DNA of 64,000 bases from a virus (IMGVR_UViG_3300045988_059494:7219-71218); one strand, 5' to 3'; positions 49,927 to 59,629 are shown, numbered from the stretch's first letter. Translations and numbers: made by a program. The notes: a model not told the origin generated them from the sequence alone.

Positions 49927-50934
49927 TTAAAAATCCCAAGCGTTGCCATTAATGATGGCTTTAGCATATTTGTTATTAGACATTCCGGGAGCATTAGACA
50001 GCTCATTCCGCAGAATAGTAAGAGTATCTTCGTCAATACCCTTAAGCAGAGAGATAGCCATAACTTCAGACAGATTACTAATTACCTGCTCCAGTTTTGC
50101 AATTCTATCAAGAGTACGATAAGAGAACAGACACTCAATGCCGGTTTTATCAGTAATGTTACGAAAACAATGGCAGAAAGAAACGAGTTTCTTGTTATCA
50201 TGCGCCATTGCCATCTCAATCTTCTCAGAATAGTCGATATTCACCATTGCAAAACGATCAAGACTTGCTCTATCCAAGCAATAGCGACCAGTGTAGTTAT
50301 TATCGGCACCTGTACCAACCGTGTTACCGGCAGCGATAACTCTAAAGTTAGGGTGCGCATTAACTTTACCGGTGGGGAAATCGAAGTATCTATTCGCGAT
50401 GGCCGCGTTCAAAATGATCAGAGTCTCGGGGATAGACGCATCCATCTCGTCCAAGAAGAACAGGCCGCCCTTCGTAAAAGCCTTATAAAACTGGGTTTCC
50501 TGATAATTGCCATTGGCATCAATGAAGCCAGTGAGTTTGTACTCCTGCGTAACGGCATTGGTGAAGTAAAAATCCAGACCCAGAGCTTCCGCAACCTGCT
50601 GACAAATGACATTCTTGCCGGTGCCTGCTTTACCAGTCAGATATACTGGAATATCCAGATTAACAATATTGGCTACTTCATCGAACTTCTCATGCGTAGT
50701 GCCGACAATCTTATGAATACCTTCGGGAGAGCGAATTTCATGAATTTCGGGGAGAAAACCATAAGTCTGATGGATCTTTTCCTCGATCTTAGGATACAGC
50801 TGATCGAGAACTTCGTCCGCATTAACATCAACTACGGCATTAGTCACCGCCTGCATCATTGCTTTAAGCATCTTCTCGTTATCCATATTAGCATACCTCC
50901 ATGTATTTAAGAATTTCTTCAATGTTGTTACCAT
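49927..50934 (-). CDS. MoxR/CobS-like AAA+ ATPase
   Basis: Walker A GKAGTGKNV, Walker B FFLDEMD; 335 aa. Confidence 0.65.
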   Translation of the reverse strand: MVTTLKKFLNTWRYANMDNEKMLKAMMQAVTNAVVDVNADEVLDQLYPKIEEKIHQTYGFLPEIHEIRSPEGIHKIVGTTHEKFDEVANIVNLDIPVYLTGKAGTGKNVICQQVAEALGLDFYFTNAVTQEYKLTGFIDANGNYQETQFYKAFTKGGLFFLDEMDASIPETLIILNAAIANRYFDFPTGKVNAHPNFRVIAAGNTVGTGADNNYTGRYCLDRASLDRFAMVNIDYSEKIEMAMAHDNKKLVSFCHCFRNITDKTGIECLFSYRTLDRIAKLEQVISNLSEVMAISLLKGIDEDTLTILRNELSNAPGMSNNKYAKAIINGNAWDF

Positions 50935-51706
50935 GATCTGTAATCCATTCTCTGTTGATAATATAAGTATCTTTTTCCTTTAAGCAAGTTTTAATCTGTT
51001 CTAATGAGACTGGTCTACCATATCCACAAGAGAAATCTTCTTCCATACTAGGGCAAGTCTCTAGATACTTAAAACCAATACGCCTAAACATACTGGGGTG
51101 AACCATAGGGAAACAAATCTTTTGCAGACTAAAGCGTTCATTGAAATTTTTGATATTTACAGTAGGAAAAATTATCTGTCTACCTTTGACAGAAGGAATA
51201 AATCCTATCGAGAGCTTGGTCTGAATTCCAGCAAGTTCAATAAGGTTAATAGCAGATACAAGAGCTGCGCCCGCACTTTCTAGCTCTTCCGCTTCTACCA
51301 TAGCCGCGCCACCAGTGGCATAGATAATAGAAATAGTTTTCTTCTTTCTATTGATTTTCTCTACTGAAATCATAGACTTCGGCAAGCCCATTAGCGCATT
51401 TGGTACATTAGGCACGAAACCTACAACCTGATTAGTTGCAATCGGCTTAGGAATAAGATTATACATCTTACTAACTAACTTTTTGTTCTTTATCAGATTA
51501 CTCTTGATATTCTTAACTGGATCATTATATCCATAAATCAAGAGAGATTCAGCTTCCTCATAAGTATTTGTACCGCTCCAATTCGAGTTACCAGTCGTTT
51601 GAGAACTATGTTCATCTCTCATAAACTTATTGTTTGGTCGTTCTTTAAGCGTGTTCATAAGCTCAAAAATGCTGCTAAATTCTTCTTTATACATATTATA
51701 AGACAC
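50888..51706 (-). CDS. hypothetical protein (272 aa) between the AAA+ and vWA genes
   Basis: ORF track. Confidence 0.3.
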   Translation of the reverse strand: MSYNMYKEEFSSIFELMNTLKERPNNKFMRDEHSSQTTGNSNWSGTNTYEEAESLLIYGYNDPVKNIKSNLIKNKKLVSKMYNLIPKPIATNQVVGFVPNVPNALMGLPKSMISVEKINRKKKTISIIYATGGAAMVEAEELESAGAALVSAINLIELAGIQTKLSIGFIPSVKGRQIIFPTVNIKNFNERFSLQKICFPMVHPSMFRRIGFKYLETCPSMEEDFSCGYGRPVSLEQIKTCLKEKDTYIINREWITDHGNNIEEILKYMEVC

Positions 51707-51738
51707 TCTTATAAACTTCCTTTCCTATTTCCTTATGT

Positions 51739-51775
51739 ATATATTATATAATAATTATTTATTATTTTCAAATAG
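51739..51775 (-). promoter_or_regulatory. conserved promoter block
   Basis: Coding strand AATAATTATTATATAATATATACATAAGGAA. Confidence 0.45.
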
Positions 51776-51780
51776 AAAAG

Positions 51781-51816
51781 AAAAAACGAGGAAATATTTC
51801 TATTTCCTCGTTTATA
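51781..51816. terminator. hairpin terminator
   Basis: ACGAGGAAATAtttcTATTTCCTCGT. Confidence 0.55.
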
Positions 51817-53391
51817 TTAGTGAATCTGCGCGTAGCGCTCACTGTCCAGCTTCTCAAGAACAAGAGCAAGTCCGTCCTTGCCGCTCAGAATCTGCTGGAT
51901 CATAACAGGGCTGAAACCACTTACGTAGCTAAAGCCGTCCCCAATCGCGGGAATGTTGTTATTACGCGCGTTCAGGTTCCAAAAGACACAACTCGGCATC
52001 TTGTAGCCACACCGCGCCCACTTAGCCTTCATGTCTTCAAACAGAGTGTTGATCCGCTGCATTTCCATGCCACGACCCCAGCCGCCAGTAACATGGTTAC
52101 TCGTTACACAGCGATCAAATTCCATATCAGAAAAGATATATACACGCTCAGGCATATCTTCTGCACGAACAGACTGCTTCATAGCGGTCGCAAGCAGCAT
52201 ATCGAAAACAGCTTCGATATTAGTATTCGCACCCCAATCCGCACTCACGCAGCGGCACAGCTTATCCGTAATGTCTGCACCCTCGAACTTTACCAGCTTC
52301 GGAGAGCCAGAAAAAGTAATGAAGTGGTTAGCAAACGGACCGTGCGCCTTATCTGCAATGTATGCGCCCATAGAAACAGCCGCTTCCATAGGAACACCAG
52401 ACATAGAGCCAGAAACATCGACAACTGCGATGCCGTTCTCTACATTGTCGCCATAGAAATTGGGCAGATTATCCCAATACTTCTGGAGCATTAGACGCTC
52501 AGAGTCTTCCAGACTCTTACGGCGAGAGCTGAAGGCACGATGAGCAATGTCATGCGGATACAGCGCACCAGCGTTAACGGTAGTTTCAGTATCCTTAGCA
52601 AAAGCCTCATACTTTGCCTTAATCATATCGCGACGCGCAAATGCGTTACGATAGATAATACCTGCACGAGAAGGAATTTTATCAAACTCAATCTCGTCCC
52701 AACGGTTTTCAGACATAAGGCGTTCGACAATGCGGATGCGCTCGCGCAGTACAGACAAGGTCTTGCGGTACTCCTTCGGAGTCATATGGAAATGATTACG
52801 AGAGATCGTCGCCAGACGACGCGACTCCTTAGAAGAAGTGTTCTCAGACTTCAGCCACTTAGCAAGAAGCGACGGAGTTTTACAAGAAACATCGAGCGCA
52901 AGCTGATGTCTCATAATCTTGAAAGCCTCATCTTCCAGAGGAGTGTCGACAAAGACGTAGAAATCATCCCAACGACCATACTCGGGCACGAACTTCAGGT
53001 TACGGCGCATTGCTGCGGTTTCATTGAAGGCAAGCCAACGAGAAACCACGCGGAAGAAACGACGTTCTCCCTGTCCACCACGCACATCGCGCAGATAAAA
53101 CAGACACTTCAGTGCATGAGCCTCGTCCTCATCAAAAGCAGCCTTGAACAGAGTGATGCAATCTGCATCGGTGCGCTGACGATAAGCGCCTCCAAGCGCA
53201 AAAAGATCCATAAGTCCATTTAGCGTAGACTTATGAGTAATAGCGCCATTCTCAGTCAGAGTGAAGTTAGTGTCCTGCTTCATAGCGTTCATAAAAGTAT
53301 TCATTGTATCAATCTCCTTTTGATTTTTAGTCGCTCCCTTGGACAAGGGAGATAGTTTATTGATAATGTTCTTCTGCGTGACAATTTGCAC
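51817..53391 (-). CDS. CobT-like protein with C-terminal vWA domain (MIDAS DVSGSMSG)
   Basis: vWA motif AVVDVSGSMSG; 524 aa; partner of the MoxR-like ATPase. Confidence 0.5.
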   Translation of the reverse strand: MQIVTQKNIINKLSPLSKGATKNQKEIDTMNTFMNAMKQDTNFTLTENGAITHKSTLNGLMDLFALGGAYRQRTDADCITLFKAAFDEDEAHALKCLFYLRDVRGGQGERRFFRVVSRWLAFNETAAMRRNLKFVPEYGRWDDFYVFVDTPLEDEAFKIMRHQLALDVSCKTPSLLAKWLKSENTSSKESRRLATISRNHFHMTPKEYRKTLSVLRERIRIVERLMSENRWDEIEFDKIPSRAGIIYRNAFARRDMIKAKYEAFAKDTETTVNAGALYPHDIAHRAFSSRRKSLEDSERLMLQKYWDNLPNFYGDNVENGIAVVDVSGSMSGVPMEAAVSMGAYIADKAHGPFANHFITFSGSPKLVKFEGADITDKLCRCVSADWGANTNIEAVFDMLLATAMKQSVRAEDMPERVYIFSDMEFDRCVTSNHVTGGWGRGMEMQRINTLFEDMKAKWARCGYKMPSCVFWNLNARNNNIPAIGDGFSYVSGFSPVMIQQILSGKDGLALVLEKLDSERYAQIH

Positions 53392-53896
53392 ATAGTAATA
53401 AACATTTATCTACTTCTTCATAAAGTTTATCTATATTGTCGAGTGTTACTCCAATTTCGGCTATACCGAAATCTTTTTGGGTTGGGTCAAGATGGTGAAA
53501 TTGTAAAGCTCCTTCGCATTTATCATAACCACAACGCTCACATTTTCCGCCTTTATAAAGAATTAGCTAGTGTTTGATGGCTTTTTGACGAGCCTTACCG
53601 CTATCTTGGCTTGGAGAGCAATCATAACAATAAATGCGATTATTGACTTTTGTTTTATATTTCTTCCCACAAATCGGGCATATCTTCTCAATCTCTTCTT
53701 GAGCAATATTGGGATTAGTACATTTACCACACGACTAAGTGGGCCTGCTACTTGTTAAACTTGAACCTCTAATTTCCTTTTCAGTTCCACAGTCACATCT
53801 GCATTTCCAATAGGTCTTACCATTGCGGTTTGGCGCTCTTTCAATAACGACTAACTTACCAAAACGCATACCAGTTAAATCTCTTAAATTTGGCAT
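53357..53896 (-). CDS. HNH homing endonuclease with 2 in-frame TAG codons (paralog of 10549..11088)
   Basis: SD GGGAGG; CERCGYDKCEGALQFHHLDPTQKDF...LLCANCHAEEH; the TAG in KAIKH-TAG-LILYKGGKCERCGY aligns with the TAG in SKIK-TAG-QRGGQCVRCGY of the paralog. Confidence 0.65.
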
Positions 53897-53979
53897 TTTA
53901 ATTCCTCCCTTACTATATATAAGAGAAGACCTTAATAGACAAACGGATTTTGTCCAATGTTAGTTTATCTTTTTGTCTA

Positions 53980-54055
53980 TGGAGCAAACGGCTGGATTCG
54001 AACCAGCGATCACGGGGTTGCAGCCCGCTGTCTTAATCCACTTGACTACGTTCGC
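53980..54055 (-). tRNA. tRNA-Cys(GCA)
   Basis: Hand-folded cloverleaf: acceptor GCGAACG/CGTTTGC, anticodon loop CUGCAAC, T-loop GGTTCGAATCC, U73, encoded CCA. Confidence 0.7.
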
Positions 54056-54075
54056 ATAAGAGCGGCAAAAGCCGC

Positions 54076-54327
54076 TTAATCGGTCATTAAGACTACATTG
54101 GAAATATGTGTAAGATATGTTACATCATCAATCTTGATTTGAATAGTGTCACCATCGTCAAAGTCTTTCCAAGACTGAACTGTGCCATCAACTACTGTGC
54201 CATCTGGCATCGAGATAATTGCTCTATTAAAATAGAAATTAGTATCTAAAATCTGACGGTTTCCGCATCCAGTTAAGCAGAATGCTAAACCCGCAGCTGC
54301 AACCAGCGCCACAATCTTCTTTTTCAT
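54076..54327 (-). CDS. small lipoprotein
   Basis: MKKKIVALVAAAGLAFCLTGCGN signal peptide with lipobox; the track ORF extension overlapping tRNA-Leu is spurious. Confidence 0.5.
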   Translation of the reverse strand: MKKKIVALVAAAGLAFCLTGCGNRQILDTNFYFNRAIISMPDGTVVDGTVQSWKDFDDGDTIQIKIDDVTYLTHISNVVLMTD

Positions 54328-54354
54328 TGTTTTATAACCCTTTCTGTAAGTTAA

Positions 54355-54436
54355 TGGTAGGCGAGGAGGGACTCGAACCCTCACGCATAAGCAGCAGATT
54401 TTGAGTCTGCCGTGTCTACCATTCCACCACTCGCCC
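54355..54436 (-). tRNA. tRNA-Leu(CAA), type II
   Basis: Acceptor GGGCGAG/CTCGCCT (G1-U72), anticodon loop CUCAAAA, long variable arm, A73, CCA. Confidence 0.65.
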
Positions 54437-54560
54437 ATAGGAGAAGAGAATTATCGCAAGAAGAAGCGAACATTATTCTTCTTTTGATAATCCATCTCAG
54501 CCTGATAAACGCCCTTGAAGAAGTGTCTTACCTTATTCAGCATTATTAAATCCCTCACTT

Positions 54561-54596
54561 TCTATAAATATTATATCATAATATTTATTTTATTGC
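54561..54596 (-). promoter_or_regulatory. palindromic promoter variant TATAAATATTATATCATAATATTTAT upstream of the tRNA-Leu/Cys unit
   Basis: Near-perfect 26-bp palindrome containing TGATATAAT on the coding strand; near-identical copies at 61326 and 62419. Confidence 0.5.
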
Positions 54597-54640
54597 AAAT
54601 TTTTCATTTATTGCTTTCATTGTAAATAATCCAGGACTGC

Positions 54641-55093
54641 TTAGCAGCTATCCTTTTCGTCCATCTTCGCCCCGCAGTACCTGCAATAGTAGCTATCACT
54701 ACTCTCTGCGTTTCCGCATTCGCTACAAGTGAGTACGCCATCATCATGGTGAATCCATCTCCCATGCACCACTGGGACGACATCGGCGGTAGGAAGCGCC
54801 TTAATCCTCTCTGCGTACCAACTCGGATAATGCGCTTCCGGCGCTTCGCTGAAGATTGTATTCAGCGCGGCTTCTTTCGTGATGTATTTAGCCATCAACT
54901 GACTTCCGTCCAAATATTCCCGCAGTAGCGGACAGTGCGCCGCCGGGACCGCCGTGCAGAATCCGCCGACCGCAGTACAGTTCCCGTTATCCTTATGCCT
55001 AAAGCGGCAACGCAGGCAATTAACATTTTCCATCACATTTCCTCCTCCATCGGCATCCGTTACAGGCCACATGAACCAGCGTGTAGTTTCCAT
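54641..55093 (-). CDS. Cys-rich hypothetical protein in a locally GC-rich segment
   Basis: 150 aa with CLRCRF, CTAVGGFC, CSECGN, CRYCG clusters; composition differs from the surroundings. Confidence 0.35.
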   Translation of the reverse strand: METTRWFMWPVTDADGGGNVMENVNCLRCRFRHKDNGNCTAVGGFCTAVPAAHCPLLREYLDGSQLMAKYITKEAALNTIFSEAPEAHYPSWYAERIKALPTADVVPVVHGRWIHHDDGVLTCSECGNAESSDSYYCRYCGAKMDEKDSC

Positions 55094-55111
55094 ATTTCTC
55101 GTCTAATTTGT

Positions 55112-55205
55112 TGGCGGAGGGCGAGAGACTCGAACTCTCACGCCGTTGTTCACGGTTACTAGCGGTTTTCAGGACCGCTCCCTTGCCAATTAGGGTTAGC
55201 CCTCC
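55112..55205 (-). tRNA. tRNA-Ser(UGA), type II
   Basis: Acceptor GGAGGGC/GCCCTCC, anticodon loop CCUGAAA, long variable arm, G73, CCA. Confidence 0.65.
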
Positions 55206-55242
55206 GTATAGAGCAGTTTTATATCCTGCTCAGGATAGCAGC

Positions 55243-55575
55243 TTATGTAGTTTCAAGGAACTCTTGTTCAGCTTCCATAACTTCACGCAGTTCATGCGCA
55301 GCCTTATTCTCATAATCAGCCATATCAGAATAATGAGCAACCGCATCATCATAAATGCGTCTAGCCTCAAGTTTCTTCGCCGTTGCGCGCTTCATACGCT
55401 TGCGGGCAATCTTTTCCGCACACCGCAGAGCAGCAATCTGCTTACCCTTCTCCAGTGAAAACTCGTCATCTGCATGGCATACTGCAACGCCTCGCACTAC
55501 TCTGCCTGCGTAGGTGGAAACCGCAATTACACGAGAACCATTGGTATAAAACTTGTACTTCTCAATCGGATACAT
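55243..55575 (-). CDS. hypothetical protein; paralog of the N-terminal domain of 30593..31102
   Basis: ORF track; shared motif. Confidence 0.3.
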   Translation of the reverse strand: MYPIEKYKFYTNGSRVIAVSTYAGRVVRGVAVCHADDEFSLEKGKQIAALRCAEKIARKRMKRATAKKLEARRIYDDAVAHYSDMADYENKAAHELREVMEAEQEFLETT

Positions 55576-55726
55576 AACTTGTAACTCCTTTTCTCATTTA
55601 CTATATATATTATATAATAAAATTTCATATATGTCAAAGATCATCTAAGCTAGCTTAGTATCGACCCTTATCATATTTCCTTTTGTTTATATACATATAA
55701 TACAATAATTTTTGAGAAAAATAAAA

Positions 55727-55758
55727 AATAGGATAAAGCCTAATGGCTTTATCCTATT
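55727..55758. terminator. hairpin terminator
   Basis: AATAGGATAAAGCCtaatGGCTTTATCCTATT. Confidence 0.55.
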
Positions 55759-56213
55759 AAATCAGAGAAATTGCCCCAAGCAACAGATGCAGTAGGAGAA
55801 CCCCACGATCCATCACCTTTAAGGTACTTATCAGTATCTCCTGCTTGAGGTGCTGGTACTAAACCTCTCGTGCCCGCGGCCGTAGAGGAAGCCCCAGTCA
55901 TAGTATCTACATTGTTTTGAACTACTGTCCAGTCACTTGCTTTATAGCTAGAGCTATAATCACTGATACATATAATCATATCACCTATTTCAAGTTTGCC
56001 CAAAGAAGCAATCTCGAAAGAAGCATTAGCTTTATATGTCCAACCAATTTTGTAGTTCTTTAGACCAGTAAGATCGGCAGCACTAGAGACGACACCTTTA
56101 AAGACTAGAGAAGAAGAAACCGCGGTTTGCAATGCATTGACCGCGGCTCTTGCTTCTTCATCTTTAAGGGAGTAAATGGTACTGCCGAGTTTAATTTTGG
56201 AAATATCCGCCAT
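55749..56213 (-). CDS. tail-fibre-like protein (short)
   Basis: N-terminal ADISKIKLGSTIYSLKDEEARAAVNALQ motif shared with the 56266 gene. Confidence 0.4.
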   Translation of the reverse strand: MADISKIKLGSTIYSLKDEEARAAVNALQTAVSSSLVFKGVVSSAADLTGLKNYKIGWTYKANASFEIASLGKLEIGDMIICISDYSSSYKASDWTVVQNNVDTMTGASSTAAGTRGLVPAPQAGDTDKYLKGDGSWGSPTASVAWGNFSDLIG

Positions 56214-56265
56214 TTACTCACCATCCTTTATTTTCATAAACGAGTTTTAGCTCGCTAGTGCTAAA

Positions 56266-57486
56266 TTACTTAACAGTAACTTCCTTAGAGGTAACTACTA
56301 CGTCGTCAACATCAAGTTCAACAGCACCGCCGGTAAACTTGGTCTTGTCAGTATCTACGCCAGCCTTATCGTAAGATACGCCGGTAACAACCTGAGTCTT
56401 AGTGCCTGCGAAAGTAGCATTAACATCGACTTCATTACCAGCAAAGGTAGCTGCAAATTTATCGCCAGTAAATACTGGAGCTGTAGCAGTAGCGCTAGTA
56501 ATACCAGTTACAACATCGGTTGCAGTTTCAGCGAGTTCTGGAAGAGCACCTGCATCAAATGCACCTTCTGTGTAAGAAGCCTTTGCACCCTGAACGAAAG
56601 TAGGAAGTGCGTTCGCAGTAAAGCTAAAACTTAAAGTCTCAGTGGTATCATCAACGTTAGCGCTCCAAGTAGCCTGAGAACCTTGAGTAAAAGTATCATC
56701 GCCGTTGGTAACAAAAGTATCCTTAGCCTTAGACGGCAGAGAACCAACAGAAGTTACCTTTTTAATGCTATCCTTAGCTGGGGTTACGGTTACGTTTGGT
56801 GCAGACACAGAACCGGAAATTTGAACACCGTTTTCAGCATCCTTAGCAATACTAACAGTACCAGCAGCAGTTGTAGTACCGGTTACAGTACCTGCTGGAG
56901 TATAATCACTCTTGGTTAGAGTAGCATCAGTTGCGGTCTGAGTAAGACCAACCTCAATAGAACCTGCGGCATTACCCTTAGCCTTCAGACCGATAATAAT
57001 CTGGCCAGCTACGGTACCAGTAGCGGAATCCTTCTTAGATAGAGCACCAAGACCCATATCCGCAGCAAGGGTATCAAGGTTAATATTAGCAGACAGATTC
57101 TGAGTACCAATGGTAACAGTCTTTAAAGCATAAATGCTCTCATCGCCAAGCTCATGCCATGTAGCCGGCTCACCGCCATATACATACTCCTTAACACCAA
57201 TGATGATTACATCACCAGCAACCGGATTGGTAATGTCAGCAAAAGCACTAACAACACCACGGAAGTGCATAGAACCTGCAATACCGGCAATAGCGGCCTG
57301 AACCTGAGCGCCAGTTACAAGACCTTGCTCCTTAGCACTAACGCCAGCCGCAACGTCCTTCTTAGCAGCATTACCAAGAGTAGCAAGAAGCTCACGAGCC
57401 TCAGCATCCTTTAGATAATAAGTCTGATCTCCAATAGTTAGTTTGGAAACAACAGGAACATTCTTAGGATCAAAAATAGCAGCCAT
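56266..57486 (-). CDS. tail fibre / structural protein (Gly-Ala-Thr-Val rich)
   Basis: 406 aa, low-complexity beta-rich composition; N-terminal KLTIGDQTYYLKDAEARELLATL motif; SD AGGAGG. Confidence 0.5.
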   Translation of the reverse strand: MAAIFDPKNVPVVSKLTIGDQTYYLKDAEARELLATLGNAAKKDVAAGVSAKEQGLVTGAQVQAAIAGIAGSMHFRGVVSAFADITNPVAGDVIIIGVKEYVYGGEPATWHELGDESIYALKTVTIGTQNLSANINLDTLAADMGLGALSKKDSATGTVAGQIIIGLKAKGNAAGSIEVGLTQTATDATLTKSDYTPAGTVTGTTTAAGTVSIAKDAENGVQISGSVSAPNVTVTPAKDSIKKVTSVGSLPSKAKDTFVTNGDDTFTQGSQATWSANVDDTTETLSFSFTANALPTFVQGAKASYTEGAFDAGALPELAETATDVVTGITSATATAPVFTGDKFAATFAGNEVDVNATFAGTKTQVVTGVSYDKAGVDTDKTKFTGGAVELDVDDVVVTSKEVTVK

Positions 57487-57508
57487 AAATTAATTTCCTC
57501 CTATAAGA

Positions 57509-58021
57509 TTATTTGAAGATAGCTGTTTCATCTTCTAAATTAACTGTAGCGCCAACTTTGGCGTTCAGTACATCTGTAATCGCTTTTTGCGTCATGGTAC
57601 CATCGGTATTTTCTCCACTGCCAGAGTAAAGTTTCATAACACCTGCGGTTTCCGCGGACGCTACGGGAAGCGAACCCGGTCCAATACCAACAAACTCAAC
57701 ACCATTATAATAATATAAAGCATTTGAATTATTGGCATCAATATAAATTTTATTTTCATTAGGAGTGATTTCTTGAGTGCCATCAACATCTTTGAAAATC
57801 TTTTCACCAATGAAATAAGCGCGTTGGAAGATAGTATTCTCATACTCAAGACTTCCATAAGTTGACACGCCATCGCCAACAATCACGCAAAGGCCTTGCT
57901 TAGCAGTATCTACTAAACAAATTTCGCCCTTTTCGGGAATAAAACTATCCTTTACCTTCTCGTAATTGTAATCATTATCACGGCGCATCTTTAAGACAAT
58001 CTAAATTGTTTTAACAGCCAT
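57509..58021 (-). CDS. fibre-like structural protein with in-frame TAG at codon 7
   Basis: SD AGGAGGTTAAGGCATATG; MAVKTI-TAG-IVLKMRRDNDYNYEKVKD...; track ORF 57509..57988 is the post-TAG part. Confidence 0.45.
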
Positions 58022-58026
58022 ATGCC

Positions 58027-58242
58027 TTAACCTCCTATTGTTATAGGAGCGCCGCCGGCGTCCAAAATGATTGTATCAGTATCCTCAATCGCGGGAGAAG
58101 TGATCTATACTCGAGTACTGTTATCAGTATCCAAGAAAATCAGACGATTACCCTCATCTGTCGTGAAAATCAACTAGCCCTCTTTAATCGGGATGCTATC
58201 GAGATTGGCAAAAGAACCTTTAAGAACTACTAAATCAGCCAT
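58027..58242 (-). CDS. fibre-motif minigene with 2 in-frame TAG codons
   Basis: SD GAGGAGGGATTTATAAGAATG; MADLVVLKGSFANLDSIPIKEG-TAG-LIFTTDEGNRLIFLDTDNSTRV-TAG-ITSPAIEDTDTIILDAGGAPITIGG. Confidence 0.4.
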
Positions 58243-58374
58243 TCTTATAAATCCCTCCTCTCACATAGATATAAAAATTGTAGCAAGTCATTTTCCCATA
58301 TTTGGCCCGAAAAATTCTAAAGCCACTTTGCATTTGCACCGAGCGCGGTCCGATGCCCACATATATGCAACAAA

Positions 58375-58403
58375 AAACCCTGTCATTATATAATAATGAC
58401 AGG
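58375..58403. terminator. hairpin terminator
   Basis: ACCCTGTCATTATataATAATGACAGGGT. Confidence 0.55.
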
Positions 58404-58415
58404 GTTTATATTTAC

Positions 58416-59528
58416 TTACACACCAAACTTGTTAATCATCAAGTCGTTTACCTTAGTAAGTGTGAGAGAAAGAACGGAGGTGGAATTGAGCCACTGTTTC
58501 TTAGCAATCTCTGCATCGTCGTCTGGCAGCTCATCAAAAGCATCCCACGGCAACGATAATGCGACCTTATCAGGATCAACACAAAGCACGCCATTCTCAG
58601 CAACGACATCCTTCACATCGAATTTAACGTGGTAGCAGAACTCTTTATTGTAAAATTCACAATATACCCATCCCGCAGAATACAGGTTAACTCTGTAACT
58701 ATATTTGGTATTAGTCCAACCATTAGAAAGTCTAACGGTAATATCATAAGCGACATCACGCTCATAATTGATATTCAGATCCATGAGAGTTTCCTCGAGA
58801 GGGTATCCCTGCTTAAGATCAAAAGCAATAGCCCGCAAACAGTCGAAAGTGATATTCGACATCTGAGACAGCTTAATAATCTTATCAATCTCGTCGTCCC
58901 AGCCAGTGCCGAGCTTATCAGTCATGTAAGCACGAATTTCCTCAGGTGCAGGACAAGTAATCTCGAAATGATAATGGAAACGACCAGGTCTATTAACAAG
59001 AAACTCATTGAGGTCACGCGGATCGTTGCAGGTGATAACGAACAATTTCTTGCCATTATCAATACCGTCAAATAGACTAAGCATTTCTATCTGCGGATCA
59101 CCGTCATCTGTCTTGCGGAAAGTCTTTTCGAACTCGTCGAAAATGATTGTTACCTCTTGCTGAATAGAGCTAAGAAAATTGCTGATACCGGGCACAGCCG
59201 CATCAACAATAATAACAGGCATATCATTTTCAATAGATTTGCTAGCAATCATTCGAGCGAGCAAAGACTTACCAATACCCTTCTTACCAGAAAGAATAAC
59301 ACCAAAGTTTCTTTCGCTAATCTGAAACGATTTAAGGATTTTATCTGCCTTGCGGGCATGGTCGCCATAAATCGTGCCCTCATTGATTACAAGGTCATCA
59401 TGCTTGGTAAGCCAAAAACCCATCTGCGGATGGAAACCGACTGTGTAGGTTGCAGCAGGTAATTCTTTGTATGTCTGAACATCTTCGCCATATACCTGAT
59501 AGCGAGAACCTGCATTTACAATATTCAT
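58416..59528 (-). CDS. AAA-family ATPase
   Basis: Walker A GKKGIGKS, Walker B IIFDEFE; 370 aa. Confidence 0.55.
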   Translation of the reverse strand: MNIVNAGSRYQVYGEDVQTYKELPAATYTVGFHPQMGFWLTKHDDLVINEGTIYGDHARKADKILKSFQISERNFGVILSGKKGIGKSLLARMIASKSIENDMPVIIVDAAVPGISNFLSSIQQEVTIIFDEFEKTFRKTDDGDPQIEMLSLFDGIDNGKKLFVITCNDPRDLNEFLVNRPGRFHYHFEITCPAPEEIRAYMTDKLGTGWDDEIDKIIKLSQMSNITFDCLRAIAFDLKQGYPLEETLMDLNINYERDVAYDITVRLSNGWTNTKYSYRVNLYSAGWVYCEFYNKEFCYHVKFDVKDVVAENGVLCVDPDKVALSLPWDAFDELPDDDAEIAKKQWLNSTSVLSLTLTKVNDLMINKFGV

Positions 59529-59552
59529 ACTCTACTTCCTTTCAAATGTATA

Positions 59553-59626
59553 TGGTGCGGGGCCGCGGATTCGAACCGCTTTTTCAGCCTTTTAACGCTG
59601 ATGGTCTACTTATAGCCTAGCCCCGC
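59553..59626 (-). tRNA. atypical tRNA-like gene with an apparent 8-nt anticodon loop (GUUAAAAG); anticodon unresolved (UAA, AAA or quadruplet)
   Basis: Acceptor GCGGGGC/GCCCCGC, T-loop GGTTCGAATCC, A73, CCA; anticodon stem UCAGC/GCUGA encloses 8 nt; weak D-stem. Confidence 0.4.
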
Positions 59627-59629
59627 GTA

